Positions 1 to 9,057 of a stretch of DNA of 64,000 bases are shown here, piece after piece. The DNA is from an uncultured Pelagibacteraceae bacterium (lineage in GTDB: Bacteria; Pseudomonadota; Alphaproteobacteria; Pelagibacterales; Pelagibacteraceae), in contig CACCRN010000002.1 in the NCBI GenBank assembly GCA_902548405.1, positions 82,874-146,873 on the forward strand. Direction: 5' to 3'. Below the pieces are notes generated by a model. The model was not told where the DNA came from and searched no databases. It was given only the letters and a program-made list of their open reading frames with translations. Positions within the stretch are counted from its first letter, which is position 1, and every line of letters starts with the position of its first letter. The translations under genes and the position numbers were made by a program.

Positions 1-1644
1 TTTTTAAATAAAAAAGAAAAAGTTAATTTCTTAGTTAAAAAATTTAATAATAAATTTAAATCTTTCACTGAATTTTATATTGATTCACTTAAGTACTGGA
101 TAAATAGACAAAAAACTATTTCGATATTTATAATTTTTATCATTGCAGCATCTGCTTATCTTTTTAATTTTTCAAAAAAAGAATTGTTGCCTATGGAGGA
201 TAGAGGTTCTTATTTAATTATAGGTTCAACAGATGAAGGTAGTTCATTTGAATATACACAAGAAAAGGCTCAGATAATTGAAGGAAGAATATTAAGATTA
301 TTACAAGCAGAAGATAGCCCATATGAAAGACTAATCATGAGAGTTCCTGGATTTGGAAGATCTGCAACGTCTTATAACACTTTTATAATAATTGCTTTAC
401 TTGATGAATGGAAAAATAGAGAAAAAAATAGTCAAACTGTATTAAGAGAAGCTATCGGACAAGTGGTTTCGGTTCCAGAAACTTTTGCATTTCCAATATC
501 TCCGCAAGGAATAAGAGTTTCAAACTACAACAAACCAGTACAGATGGTTATTTATGGAACAAGTTATGAAGAATTAGAGGATATTCAAAATAGTGTTCTA
601 AGAGAATTAAGAAAAAATAGAAATATGTTCAGAATTGAAAGTGATTACACAAAAAACAAACCTGAAGTTAAATTAATCACAAACAAGAATCGAGCCAATG
701 ATTTGGGAGTGTCTACAGAAAATATAGGTAGAACTCTTGAAACACTTTACGGAGGAAAAAGAGTTACTTCTTTTAGTAAAGAAGGAAGAGAATACCCAAT
801 TATCTTACAACAATATTTAGCAGATAGACGTGACCAAGACGGTTTATCAAAAATATTTGTAAGATCTGAAACAACTGGAAAATTAGTTTCAATAGCTAGT
901 CTTGTGGAATTTGAGGAAAAAGGAACTGCAGAGGCATTGCCAAGATATAATCGACAAAGAGCTGTTACAATTTCAGCTGCACTATCAGAAAATTACACAC
1001 TAACTGAAGCTGTTAAATATCTAGAAGATGTAATGACAAAAATTGCGCCTCAAAACCAAATTACTTGGAAAGGAAAATCAGAAGAATTGAAAGAAACTAC
1101 AAATGAAATTTATTTAATTTTTGCTTTAGCTTTGTTAACTGCTTATTTAGTAATGGCAGCAACATTTAACTCTTTTGTACACCCTTTCATAATTATTTTG
1201 ACAGTTCCTTTAGCTGTGTTTGGTGGTTTAGTATTTATTCTATTTTTAAATAGTTCAGTAAATATATTCTCACAAATTGCCCTGATTATTCTTATTGGTA
1301 TTTCTACAAAGAATAGTATTTTAATTGTTGATTACGCAAACCAAATAAGAACAACAGGTGTTAAAATTCAAGAAGCAGTGTTGAAAGCCTGTAAGCTAAG
1401 AATTAGACCTATTATAATGACATCACTAAGTACTATGATTGCTATGATACCTTTGGTTATCGGAAATATAGGTCCTGGTGCTGGAGAAGGATCAAGATTA
1501 GCAGTTGGAGCAACTATTTTAGGTGGAATGATTATATCAACATTCTTTACTCTATATGTAACTCCTACAATGTATTTAGCATTAGCAAAAAATACTAAGC
1601 GTATTGATGCAGTAGATATAGAGCTAAAAAAACAATTAAATTAA
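1..1644 (+). CDS. AcrB/AcrD/AcrF-family RND efflux permease, C-terminal part (5' end lies outside the window)
   Basis: Frame is open from base 1; RND motifs LP.EDRG, KNSILIVDYA, R.RPIIMTSL..I.AM.PL and GGMIISTFFTLYVTP. Confidence 0.92.
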   Translation, partial: FLNKKEKVNFLVKKFNNKFKSFTEFYIDSLKYWINRQKTISIFIIFIIAASAYLFNFSKKELLPMEDRGSYLIIGSTDEGSSFEYTQEKAQIIEGRILRLLQAEDSPYERLIMRVPGFGRSATSYNTFIIIALLDEWKNREKNSQTVLREAIGQVVSVPETFAFPISPQGIRVSNYNKPVQMVIYGTSYEELEDIQNSVLRELRKNRNMFRIESDYTKNKPEVKLITNKNRANDLGVSTENIGRTLETLYGGKRVTSFSKEGREYPIILQQYLADRRDQDGLSKIFVRSETTGKLVSIASLVEFEEKGTAEALPRYNRQRAVTISAALSENYTLTEAVKYLEDVMTKIAPQNQITWKGKSEELKETTNEIYLIFALALLTAYLVMAATFNSFVHPFIIILTVPLAVFGGLVFILFLNSSVNIFSQIALIILIGISTKNSILIVDYANQIRTTGVKIQEAVLKACKLRIRPIIMTSLSTMIAMIPLVIGNIGPGAGEGSRLAVGATILGGMIISTFFTLYVTPTMYLALAKNTKRIDAVDIELKKQLN

Positions 1645-2234
1645 AAAATAATATACTTACTTTTAGTTAATTTATTTTTACAATCTGATAATTGTTTTTT
1701 ATAAATATCAGACTGTTTCTCAACTCTTTTAGCTAATTTGATAACCTTGTTATTTTTTTTATAATTTTTGTAATTCCCCCACCCCTCATGGTATGCAACA
1801 TATTGTCTAAAAGCATCTTTCTTTGAAACTTTTAAAATTTTCTCAGTTTTGTTTGTATACCAACCAATAAAATCTACACTGTCTTTAAATCTTGTTCTTG
1901 TTGCAAATTTATTTCCTGTTTCTTCTTTATATTGTTTCCAAGTACCTTTAACTGCTTGCGAATATCCAAAAGAACTGGAAGGTCTTTTGTAAGGGATAAC
2001 TTTAAATATTTTTTGTCTTGGAGGTTTTGCCAACCAATCAAAGCTGGATTCCATCTTAATTATAGCTAGTTGTAAATACACTGGTGTACCCCACTTTGCT
2101 TCTGTTTTTTTAGCGTGCTTATACCACAAATATCTTTCATTAAATATTGAGCAACCATCAGACACATTTTTTGGTATTGATGAGCAGCCAGATAAAAATA
2201 AAATAAATATAAAGCTAATTTTTAAAATTTTCAT
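1641..2234 (-). CDS. SLT-domain lytic-transglycosylase-like lipoprotein
   Basis: Signal peptide with lipobox LSGC; IIKMESSF (catalytic Glu motif), GYSQ and AYHEG motifs of the lysozyme-like SLT fold. Confidence 0.75.
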   Translation of the reverse strand: MKILKISFIFILFLSGCSSIPKNVSDGCSIFNERYLWYKHAKKTEAKWGTPVYLQLAIIKMESSFDWLAKPPRQKIFKVIPYKRPSSSFGYSQAVKGTWKQYKEETGNKFATRTRFKDSVDFIGWYTNKTEKILKVSKKDAFRQYVAYHEGWGNYKNYKKNNKVIKLAKRVEKQSDIYKKQLSDCKNKLTKSKYIIF

Positions 2235-2608
2235 ATTTTTTCAAAAAAAACAAAAATAATTACTATAATAACACCCAAGAAATTTCCAAATAAATCGGGA
2301 AATTCAAAACTTCTGTCTGGAATTACATAGTGAGAGAGTTCTAAAATTATCGAGAGTAAAATTAAATAAATACTCAATTTTTTTAATCGAGTTTTTTTTT
2401 TAAAAGTTAAAAAACCTAATAATGAAAGTAAGAAAAAAGCATATAAATGGTTAGTCGAAATTATAAAATCAGGTGTAATTTGTGGTTGTTTTTTACAATC
2501 ACCATACAAAATACATCCCAAAAAACTTCCAGGAAATAAATACAAAAAAATTAGTACGAAATTGAATAAATAAAAAATAAACTTATATCTTGAAAATATA
2601 TTAGTCAT
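2231..2608 (-). CDS. VanZ-family membrane protein (ATG at 2608 preferred over TTG at 2632)
   Basis: Four hydrophobic helices; HLYAF and E..H..IP.R.F...DL..N..G pattern of VanZ. Confidence 0.75.
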   Translation of the reverse strand: MTNIFSRYKFIFYLFNFVLIFLYLFPGSFLGCILYGDCKKQPQITPDFIISTNHLYAFFLLSLLGFLTFKKKTRLKKLSIYLILLSIILELSHYVIPDRSFEFPDLFGNFLGVIIVIIFVFFEKI

Positions 2609-2653
2609 TAATGTAATAGTTTTATTTATCAAATTGATCTAAAAGATAAACAA

Positions 2654-3364
2654 ATGAGTTATTTAATCTTAGTAAGGCACGGTCAAAGTGTTTGGAATTT
2701 AGAAAAAAAATTCACTGGTTGGGTAGATGTTGATTTAACAGATAATGGTAAATCAGAAGCAAAAAAAGCTGGTGAATTAATTAATAAAAATAATCTAAAA
2801 ATAGATCTTTATTTCTCATCTGTTCAATTAAGAGCCAAAAATACACTAAAAATTATCCAAAATGAATTAAAGGATGATAAACCTCCTACTCAAGCATGGG
2901 AACTAAACGAAAGACATTATGGTGCACTTACTGGTCTCAACAAAGACGAAATGAAGGTAAAATTAGGGGAAGATAAGGTACATCAGTTTAGAAGGTCTTG
3001 GGATTTAAGACCTGATCCTCTAAATAAAGAAAATCCATATCATCCATCTAATATAGAAATTTATAAAAATATTTCTGAAGATAAAATACCTAGTACAGAG
3101 TCTCTAAAAGACACTTATGAGAGAGTAATAGATTTTTACAAAAAGAAAATTGAAATCATATATGATAAAAATATTTTAATATCTGCACATGGAAATTCAA
3201 TTAGAGCTCTTTGTAAGTACCTATTTAATTTGGATAATGATGTAATTTCAAAATTAGAAATACCAACAGGTAATCCTTTACTTATTGAAGTAAATGGAGA
3301 TAAAAAAATTTTAAGTGCTAAATATTTAGACTCTGACAGAGCTAAAGATCTTTTAGTTTTTTGA
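2654..3364 (+). CDS. gpmA: 2,3-bisphosphoglycerate-dependent phosphoglycerate mutase
   Basis: LVRHGQS.WN, FTGW.DV.L, LNERHYG.L.GLNK, AHGNS.RAL, IPTG.P. Confidence 0.97.
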   Translation: MSYLILVRHGQSVWNLEKKFTGWVDVDLTDNGKSEAKKAGELINKNNLKIDLYFSSVQLRAKNTLKIIQNELKDDKPPTQAWELNERHYGALTGLNKDEMKVKLGEDKVHQFRRSWDLRPDPLNKENPYHPSNIEIYKNISEDKIPSTESLKDTYERVIDFYKKKIEIIYDKNILISAHGNSIRALCKYLFNLDNDVISKLEIPTGNPLLIEVNGDKKILSAKYLDSDRAKDLLVF

Positions 3365-4031
3365 AAATTTCTAAATTAGTTAAGTGATAAAAATTTTGTT
3401 TACTTTCATATCCATACAAATCTCTTGTATCAATTAATTCATTCCAAATTTTAGAAATTGAAAATTTTTCAATAGTTTCACTCAAAAAGAGTTTTTTGCT
3501 TAATATTTGGCAACCGGTGTATATATAATTTTTCTCTAATTCCTTAGTAATTCGATTATTTACTAAATTGAAGTCACCCTCTAAATTTTTATCGAAGCTT
3601 AAATTTTTGTTAACTAACAAAAGACTATTTTTTAAGTTTTCATTAAAATAAAATTCTTCCATTTTATTAATTTCCCTAACATATTCTTTTGTCCACACAG
3701 TATCAGGATTAAAAACTATAAAATCATCTTCATTAGATTGCTTAATTAAATTTAAAATACCACCACCAGTATCTAAAATTTCTTTTCCATCCTCAATGAT
3801 TTGAATATCAATATCAAATTTTTTATCTTTTAAAAATTTTGGAAAATGATCTTTTAAATAAAACGTATTTATTAAAATTTTTTTAATTCCCAAATTTTTA
3901 ATTAATTGAATACATTTTTCTAACATTGTTACATTATGTAACTCCAACAATGGTTTGGGTGTATCTAATGTTATTGGGTTTAATCTTTTTCCATATCCCG
4001 CACATAATATTAAAGCTGTATTTATTTTCAT
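3342..4031 (-). CDS. murU: MurNAc-alpha-1-phosphate uridylyltransferase-like nucleotidyltransferase
   Basis: AG.GKRL.P.T...PKPL motif, E..ILDTGGGI; directly downstream of amgK-like kinase. Confidence 0.8.
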   Translation of the reverse strand: MKINTALILCAGYGKRLNPITLDTPKPLLELHNVTMLEKCIQLIKNLGIKKILINTFYLKDHFPKFLKDKKFDIDIQIIEDGKEILDTGGGILNLIKQSNEDDFIVFNPDTVWTKEYVREINKMEEFYFNENLKNSLLLVNKNLSFDKNLEGDFNLVNNRITKELEKNYIYTGCQILSKKLFLSETIEKFSISKIWNELIDTRDLYGYESKQNFYHLTNLEIFKKLKDL

Positions 4032-4034
4032 AAT

Positions 4035-4976
4035 TTAATTGATAAATTCTGGAAAATTATTTTTTAATAATAATTTTAAATCCTTAAAAATCTTATTCTG
4101 TTTTAATCTGTAATCTATCATTTCCCAAGCATAAGGGATTAATTGAATATATTTTTTTTTATGATCTCTGTAAGCAAGTCTTATGAAAATTCCAATGATT
4201 TTTAAATTTCTTAGAACTGATAGTATTTCAAAGTCTTGTTTAAATTTAATTGAGTTAATTTTTTTATTGGTTTTTATATAATAATCAAAAATCTTTTTTT
4301 TTAATTTTTTATTAGTTTTTAATCTAACATCATCTATCAATGATGCTAAATCATAAGCTTTATTTCCAATAAGAGCGTCTTGATTATCAATTAAACCAAT
4401 TTGATTTTTAAAATACATTAAATTTGAAACATGAAAATCCCTATGTACAAAAGTAACGTTTTTATTATTAAGTTTAGATAATAATTTATTTATCTCATTT
4501 TTAAATTTTTTTTTGAATAAAGATTTATTTTTATTTAATTTTTTTTCGACATACCAGTCGCTAAAAAGTTTTGCCTCATTATATAAAATTTTATTTTTAT
4601 ATAATTGAAGTTTATAATTTTGATTTAAAAAATTTTTTATCTTTTTAGTTTTTATACTTTGTAATTTATTCAGTATGTGAATAATATTTTTAAAAAATAA
4701 ATACTTATTTTTTTTTTTATTTTTTAAAATTTTAAATAATGAGATATTTCCGAAATCCTGAATTTCAATGAAGTTTTTTTTATAATTATGGCTAATCAGA
4801 TTTGGTGCGGAAATTTTATTTTTTATTAAAATTTTGTTGACCGCATCATAAATTAATAAATTTTTCTTTTTTTCTTTTTTTGCATAAACAACTATAGAGT
4901 TGTTTTTTTTACTTCTATAAAAAGTTCTAAATGATGCATCTCCTTGAATTTTTTGCAAATCTTTTGAAATTTTCAT
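4035..4976 (-). CDS. amgK: Anomeric MurNAc/GlcNAc kinase (APH-family phosphotransferase)
   Basis: GDASFR.FYR, HRDFH..NLM, IDNQDA, YDLASL..D, R.LKI.GIF.RL..RD.K..Y; tsaE-amgK-murU synteny. Confidence 0.82.
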   Translation of the reverse strand: MKISKDLQKIQGDASFRTFYRSKKNNSIVVYAKKEKKKNLLIYDAVNKILIKNKISAPNLISHNYKKNFIEIQDFGNISLFKILKNKKKNKYLFFKNIIHILNKLQSIKTKKIKNFLNQNYKLQLYKNKILYNEAKLFSDWYVEKKLNKNKSLFKKKFKNEINKLLSKLNNKNVTFVHRDFHVSNLMYFKNQIGLIDNQDALIGNKAYDLASLIDDVRLKTNKKLKKKIFDYYIKTNKKINSIKFKQDFEILSVLRNLKIIGIFIRLAYRDHKKKYIQLIPYAWEMIDYRLKQNKIFKDLKLLLKNNFPEFIN

Positions 4977-4988
4977 TCTAGTCTATTC

Positions 4989-5441
4989 TTAATCAATGCC
5001 TGTGATTTCAACACTTCTATTATTTAGCTCATTTTCATAATTAAATCTTAATACAATAACTTTTTCCTGAATATCTTTAACTAACTCTGGCCACTCAACA
5101 AAAGTAATTAAATTATTATCTTTTTCAAATATGTTTAGATCATTAGTATCTCTTTTATTTTTAATCCTAAATAAATCGTAATGTTTTATCTTCTTGGGAC
5201 CTACTTGATATTCATTTAATAAATTAAATGTTGGACTTGAAACTTCTGTAATTGGAAAATCTGAACTTTTTTGTAATTCATTAATCAAATATTTTATAAA
5301 TGTAGTTTTGCCCACACCCATTTCACCGTATAAAAATATAATTTCTCCACCTTGCAAAAAATTTTTAAAACTTTCTGCAAAAACTTTTGTTGTTTCTTCT
5401 AGACTTATGTCGATCTTGCTATTTTTAATAGCGATAGGCAT
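4989..5441 (-). CDS. tsaE: tRNA t6A biosynthesis ATPase TsaE (ATG at 5441 preferred)
   Basis: L.GEMG.GKTTF, V.SPTF.L..EY, HYDLFR, VEWPE. Confidence 0.93.
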   Translation of the reverse strand: MPIAIKNSKIDISLEETTKVFAESFKNFLQGGEIIFLYGEMGVGKTTFIKYLINELQKSSDFPITEVSSPTFNLLNEYQVGPKKIKHYDLFRIKNKRDTNDLNIFEKDNNLITFVEWPELVKDIQEKVIVLRFNYENELNNRSVEITGID

Positions 5442-6711
5442 CTGGTTTGAATGGGCCTTCTGTTCCAACACTTATGTAATCTGCTTGTTCTTTTGATAAT
5501 TTTGTTAATTTAGCCCCAACTTTTTTCAAATGTAATGTTGCTACTTTTTCATCTAAGTGCTTGGGTAAAACATAAACTTTATTTTCATAATTTTTATGGT
5601 TATGCCAAAGTTCTATTTGAGCAATTACTTGATTTGTAAAAGATGCGCTCATTACGAAACTTGGATGTCCAGTTGCACAACCTAAATTAACTAATCTTCC
5701 CTCGGCTAAAAGGATAATTCTCTTTCCACTTGGTAATTCGATTTCGTGTACTTGGGGCTTAACTTCTGTCCATTTGTAATTTTTTAATGCCTCAACTTGT
5801 ATTTCATTATCAAAGTGTCCAATATTACATAAAATTGCTCTATCCTTCATATCTCTCATGTGATCAGCAGTAACAATATCTTTATTTCCAGTTGCAGTAA
5901 CCACTATGTCCGCTTTACTAATTGCTTCTTCCATTAAAACTACTTCATAACCTTCCATAGCTGCCTGAAGTGCACATATAGGATCTGCTTCTGTAACAAG
6001 AACTCTGGCCCCACTTTGTCTTAAAGATGCAGCACTTCCTTTTCCAACGTCGCCAAAACCAGCAACTATTGCAATTTTACCAGACATCATGACATCAGTA
6101 GCTCTTCTGATACCGTCAACTAAACTTTCTCTACATCCGTATAAGTTATCAAATTTAGATTTCGTTACAGAGTCATTAACGTTTATTGCAGGAACTAATA
6201 GAGAATTATCTCTCTCCATTTTATTTAATGCTTTAATTCCAGTTGTAGTTTCCTCAGAAACACCCTTTATATCCTTCATTAAATCTTTGTATTCATTGTG
6301 CATGATGGCAGTTAAATCTCCCCCATCATCTAATAACATGTTGGGTTTCCAATCAGGTTTTCCAATTATTGTTTGTTTAATACACCACAAATACTCTTCT
6401 TCTGTTTCACCTTTCCATGCATAAACAGGAATTCCAGCTTTCGCTATTGCTGCTGCAGCATGGTCTTGTGTAGAAAATATATTGCAAGATGACCATCTTA
6501 CTTCTGCTCCAAGATCTACTAATGTCTCAATTAGTACTGCTGTTTGAATAGTCATATGGAGACATCCAATAATTCTAGCGCCTTTTAAGGGCTTTTCTTT
6601 TGAATACTCTTCTCTTAATGCCATTAAACCTGGCATTTCGCTTTCTGCGATAGAAATTTCTTTTCTTCCAAATTCAGCTTGAGAAATATCTTTTACTTTA
6701 AAATCATCCAT
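5425..6711 (-). CDS. ahcY: S-adenosyl-L-homocysteine hydrolase
   Basis: [56 protein letters not shown]. Confidence 0.99.
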   Translation of the reverse strand: MDDFKVKDISQAEFGRKEISIAESEMPGLMALREEYSKEKPLKGARIIGCLHMTIQTAVLIETLVDLGAEVRWSSCNIFSTQDHAAAAIAKAGIPVYAWKGETEEEYLWCIKQTIIGKPDWKPNMLLDDGGDLTAIMHNEYKDLMKDIKGVSEETTTGIKALNKMERDNSLLVPAINVNDSVTKSKFDNLYGCRESLVDGIRRATDVMMSGKIAIVAGFGDVGKGSAASLRQSGARVLVTEADPICALQAAMEGYEVVLMEEAISKADIVVTATGNKDIVTADHMRDMKDRAILCNIGHFDNEIQVEALKNYKWTEVKPQVHEIELPSGKRIILLAEGRLVNLGCATGHPSFVMSASFTNQVIAQIELWHNHKNYENKVYVLPKHLDEKVATLHLKKVGAKLTKLSKEQADYISVGTEGPFKPDAYRY

Positions 6712-6746
6712 AGCGAGCTTTATACAGTTAAGTTCTATTTTATCAA
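6712..6746 (-). promoter_or_regulatory. Putative sigma70 promoter of ahcY, giving a leaderless or near-leaderless transcript
   Basis: Minus strand TTGATA (6746-6741), 16 nt, TATAAA (6724-6719), 7 nt, ATG; no SD. Confidence 0.55.
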
Positions 6747-6753
6747 CTAAAGA

Positions 6754-8295
6754 TTATAAACTAGGAAATTGTATTTCTATCAATGCTCCTTGCTTATCGA
6801 GCCTATTGGATGCTTCAATTTTTCCATCATGAAGATCAACTAAATTTTTTACAATATTTAAACCTAGTCCTGAATGCTCACCAAAATTTTCTGGTCTATT
6901 ACTGTAAAAACGGTTAAAAATTTTTGAAGTATCTTTCTCTTTAAATCCCTGTCCTTCATCTAAAATTTTAACTATGACTTTTTTTTCTAATCCATTTGAA
7001 ACGTTTACAGTTACCTCGCTACCATCGTCACTAAATGAAATAGAATTATCTAATAAATTTGCAACGATTTGTTCAATCCTATTTTCAATTCCATTAATTA
7101 GATACTCTGACTTTCCATCGTTTTGATAGTTTATACTGATATTTTTTTTGAATTTATAAATGTTATTATAATCATCAACAACAGATTGGATAATTGGTTG
7201 TATATCTAATTTTTTCATTTGCTCTTTACTAAGAGCAACTTCATCTTTCAACATTTGTGAATAATCTGTGATTAATCTTTCAATTCTTTGTACATCGTGG
7301 GTAAGAATATCTAAAAGCTTATTCTGTTGATTTATATCTTTTGTATCTTTTAAAATTTCTGATGCACTTTTTAAAGATGCTAGAGGATTTCTTATTTCAT
7401 GCACTAAGTCTGTTGAGAAATTTTCTGCATGAGAAATTCGTTTTTGTAATTCATTAGTCATATCCTCCATAGAATTAGATAATAATCCTAATTCGTCATT
7501 TCTATTCTTCAAATTTTCAATTCCTGTTTTGCCAGGATTTTTTTCTTTTACTCTGATTGTGTATCCAACTAAATTTTGAATTGGTTTAATAAAATATCTA
7601 CTAAGTACAAAAGAAAAAATTAAAATTACAAAACCAACTGATATTGCCGTTCTAATTACAAATGCTCTTCTCTCGTCTATAGCTGTCTTAATTTCATTGG
7701 CGTTCTCAGAGATAACTATAAAACCTAAATCATTTTCATCACTTTTTACATTTTTTACTGTTGTAACTTTAAATTGATTTAAATTATCTTCTGTAAAAGT
7801 ATAATAATTTCCATAGTTATCTGAATTGTTATATCTTTCTAATAAATCTTTAAATGAAGCTTTTGTTTCATTATTTTGGGAAGAATTATTTTCTTTGTTT
7901 TCATCTTCCTTGACTTCATCACTCAAACTTTCAAATTCAATTTTATCTAATCGTGTTGAAAAAGATCGTGGATCAAGATCTAAAGTATCAGTATCACCAA
8001 TTAATTCTAATTCTTTGTCAAAGAAAATAACTCTGTCTAAATTTTGAAAAATAAATCTTGTAGAAAATAAAAATTTTCTAATATCATTTTCCTGAAATTT
8101 TATATTCAATCTTTTAATATTATCAGTCGTATTATTAATAATATTAATATGATCTTCAGATTTTTTTTTTAATAAACTTGGTTCAATATTCGTAAGATAA
8201 GTAAGTGTAAATAAACCAATAATTGTAAATATTACAAAGTTTATAAAAAGAAATTTTTTAAGTATAGAAAGTGTCTTTAAGTATTTACTAAACAT
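6754..8295 (-). CDS. chvG: Sensor histidine kinase ChvG/ExoS family
   Basis: Two TM segments, HAMP (RNDELG.LS), H-box D..HEIRNPLASL.SA.E, RFYS.RP..FG.HSGLGL; coupled to chvI. Confidence 0.9.
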   Translation of the reverse strand: MFSKYLKTLSILKKFLFINFVIFTIIGLFTLTYLTNIEPSLLKKKSEDHINIINNTTDNIKRLNIKFQENDIRKFLFSTRFIFQNLDRVIFFDKELELIGDTDTLDLDPRSFSTRLDKIEFESLSDEVKEDENKENNSSQNNETKASFKDLLERYNNSDNYGNYYTFTEDNLNQFKVTTVKNVKSDENDLGFIVISENANEIKTAIDERRAFVIRTAISVGFVILIFSFVLSRYFIKPIQNLVGYTIRVKEKNPGKTGIENLKNRNDELGLLSNSMEDMTNELQKRISHAENFSTDLVHEIRNPLASLKSASEILKDTKDINQQNKLLDILTHDVQRIERLITDYSQMLKDEVALSKEQMKKLDIQPIIQSVVDDYNNIYKFKKNISINYQNDGKSEYLINGIENRIEQIVANLLDNSISFSDDGSEVTVNVSNGLEKKVIVKILDEGQGFKEKDTSKIFNRFYSNRPENFGEHSGLGLNIVKNLVDLHDGKIEASNRLDKQGALIEIQFPSL

Positions 8296-9002
8296 CAGCT
8301 AACATTCCATCTATATCCACTACCATATCTAGTTTCAATAGCTGAAAAATCAGGATCTACTTTTTTGAATTTTTTTCTTATTCTTTTCACGTGACTATCA
8401 ATAGTTCTATCTTCAATATCCGTATCTTCTCTGTAAGCAATGTCCATTAGTTGGGCTCTTTCTTTGATGATTCCAGGCCTTTTTGCCAATTCTTTAACAA
8501 TCAAAAACTCAGTAGTTGTTAATTTATCTGGTAACTGTTTGCCATTCCACTCACATTCAAGCTGAGATGGGTCAAGTTTTAATCTACCATGTGAAATTAA
8601 GCTTTTATTTTCTTCTAATGAATTGTTTGAATCTTTTTTTCTTAATTGAACTCTTATTCTTTCAATCAAAACTTTAATTGAAAATCCTCCAGATTTTTTT
8701 ACAAAATCATCTGCACCTAATTTTAATCCAAGTAACTCATCAATTTCATCATCCTTAGATGTTAAAAATATTACAGGCAGAGAAGTTTTTTTTCGTAATT
8801 TTTTTAATAATTCTTCTCCATCCATTTTTGGCATTTTAATATCAATGACTGCTAAATCAGGTGGCATTCTAGTAAGACCGATTAATGCACTCTCTCCATC
8901 AATATATGTTTGAACTTTGAAACCCTCTTTTTCTAAAGCAATACTCAGACTAGTTAGTATGTTTCTGTCATCATCAATTAAAGCTATAGTTTGTGTTTGC
9001 AT
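8295..9002 (-). CDS. chvI: OmpR-family response regulator ChvI
   Basis: IAL.DDDRNILTS, DIKMP.MDG.E.L, FLTSKDDEIDE, DRTIDSH.KR.RKKFK.VD. Confidence 0.93.
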   Translation of the reverse strand: MQTQTIALIDDDRNILTSLSIALEKEGFKVQTYIDGESALIGLTRMPPDLAVIDIKMPKMDGEELLKKLRKKTSLPVIFLTSKDDEIDELLGLKLGADDFVKKSGGFSIKVLIERIRVQLRKKDSNNSLEENKSLISHGRLKLDPSQLECEWNGKQLPDKLTTTEFLIVKELAKRPGIIKERAQLMDIAYREDTDIEDRTIDSHVKRIRKKFKKVDPDFSAIETRYGSGYRWNVS

Positions 9003-9057
9003 TTTTATGTTTTATATAAAAATATTAAATTGTTCTAAATTAGGCAATCAAATATAA

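Noticed and set aside
6712-6753. SAH riboswitch upstream of ahcY
   Set aside because: The 42-nt spacer is filled by a promoter-like sequence and lacks the aptamer consensus
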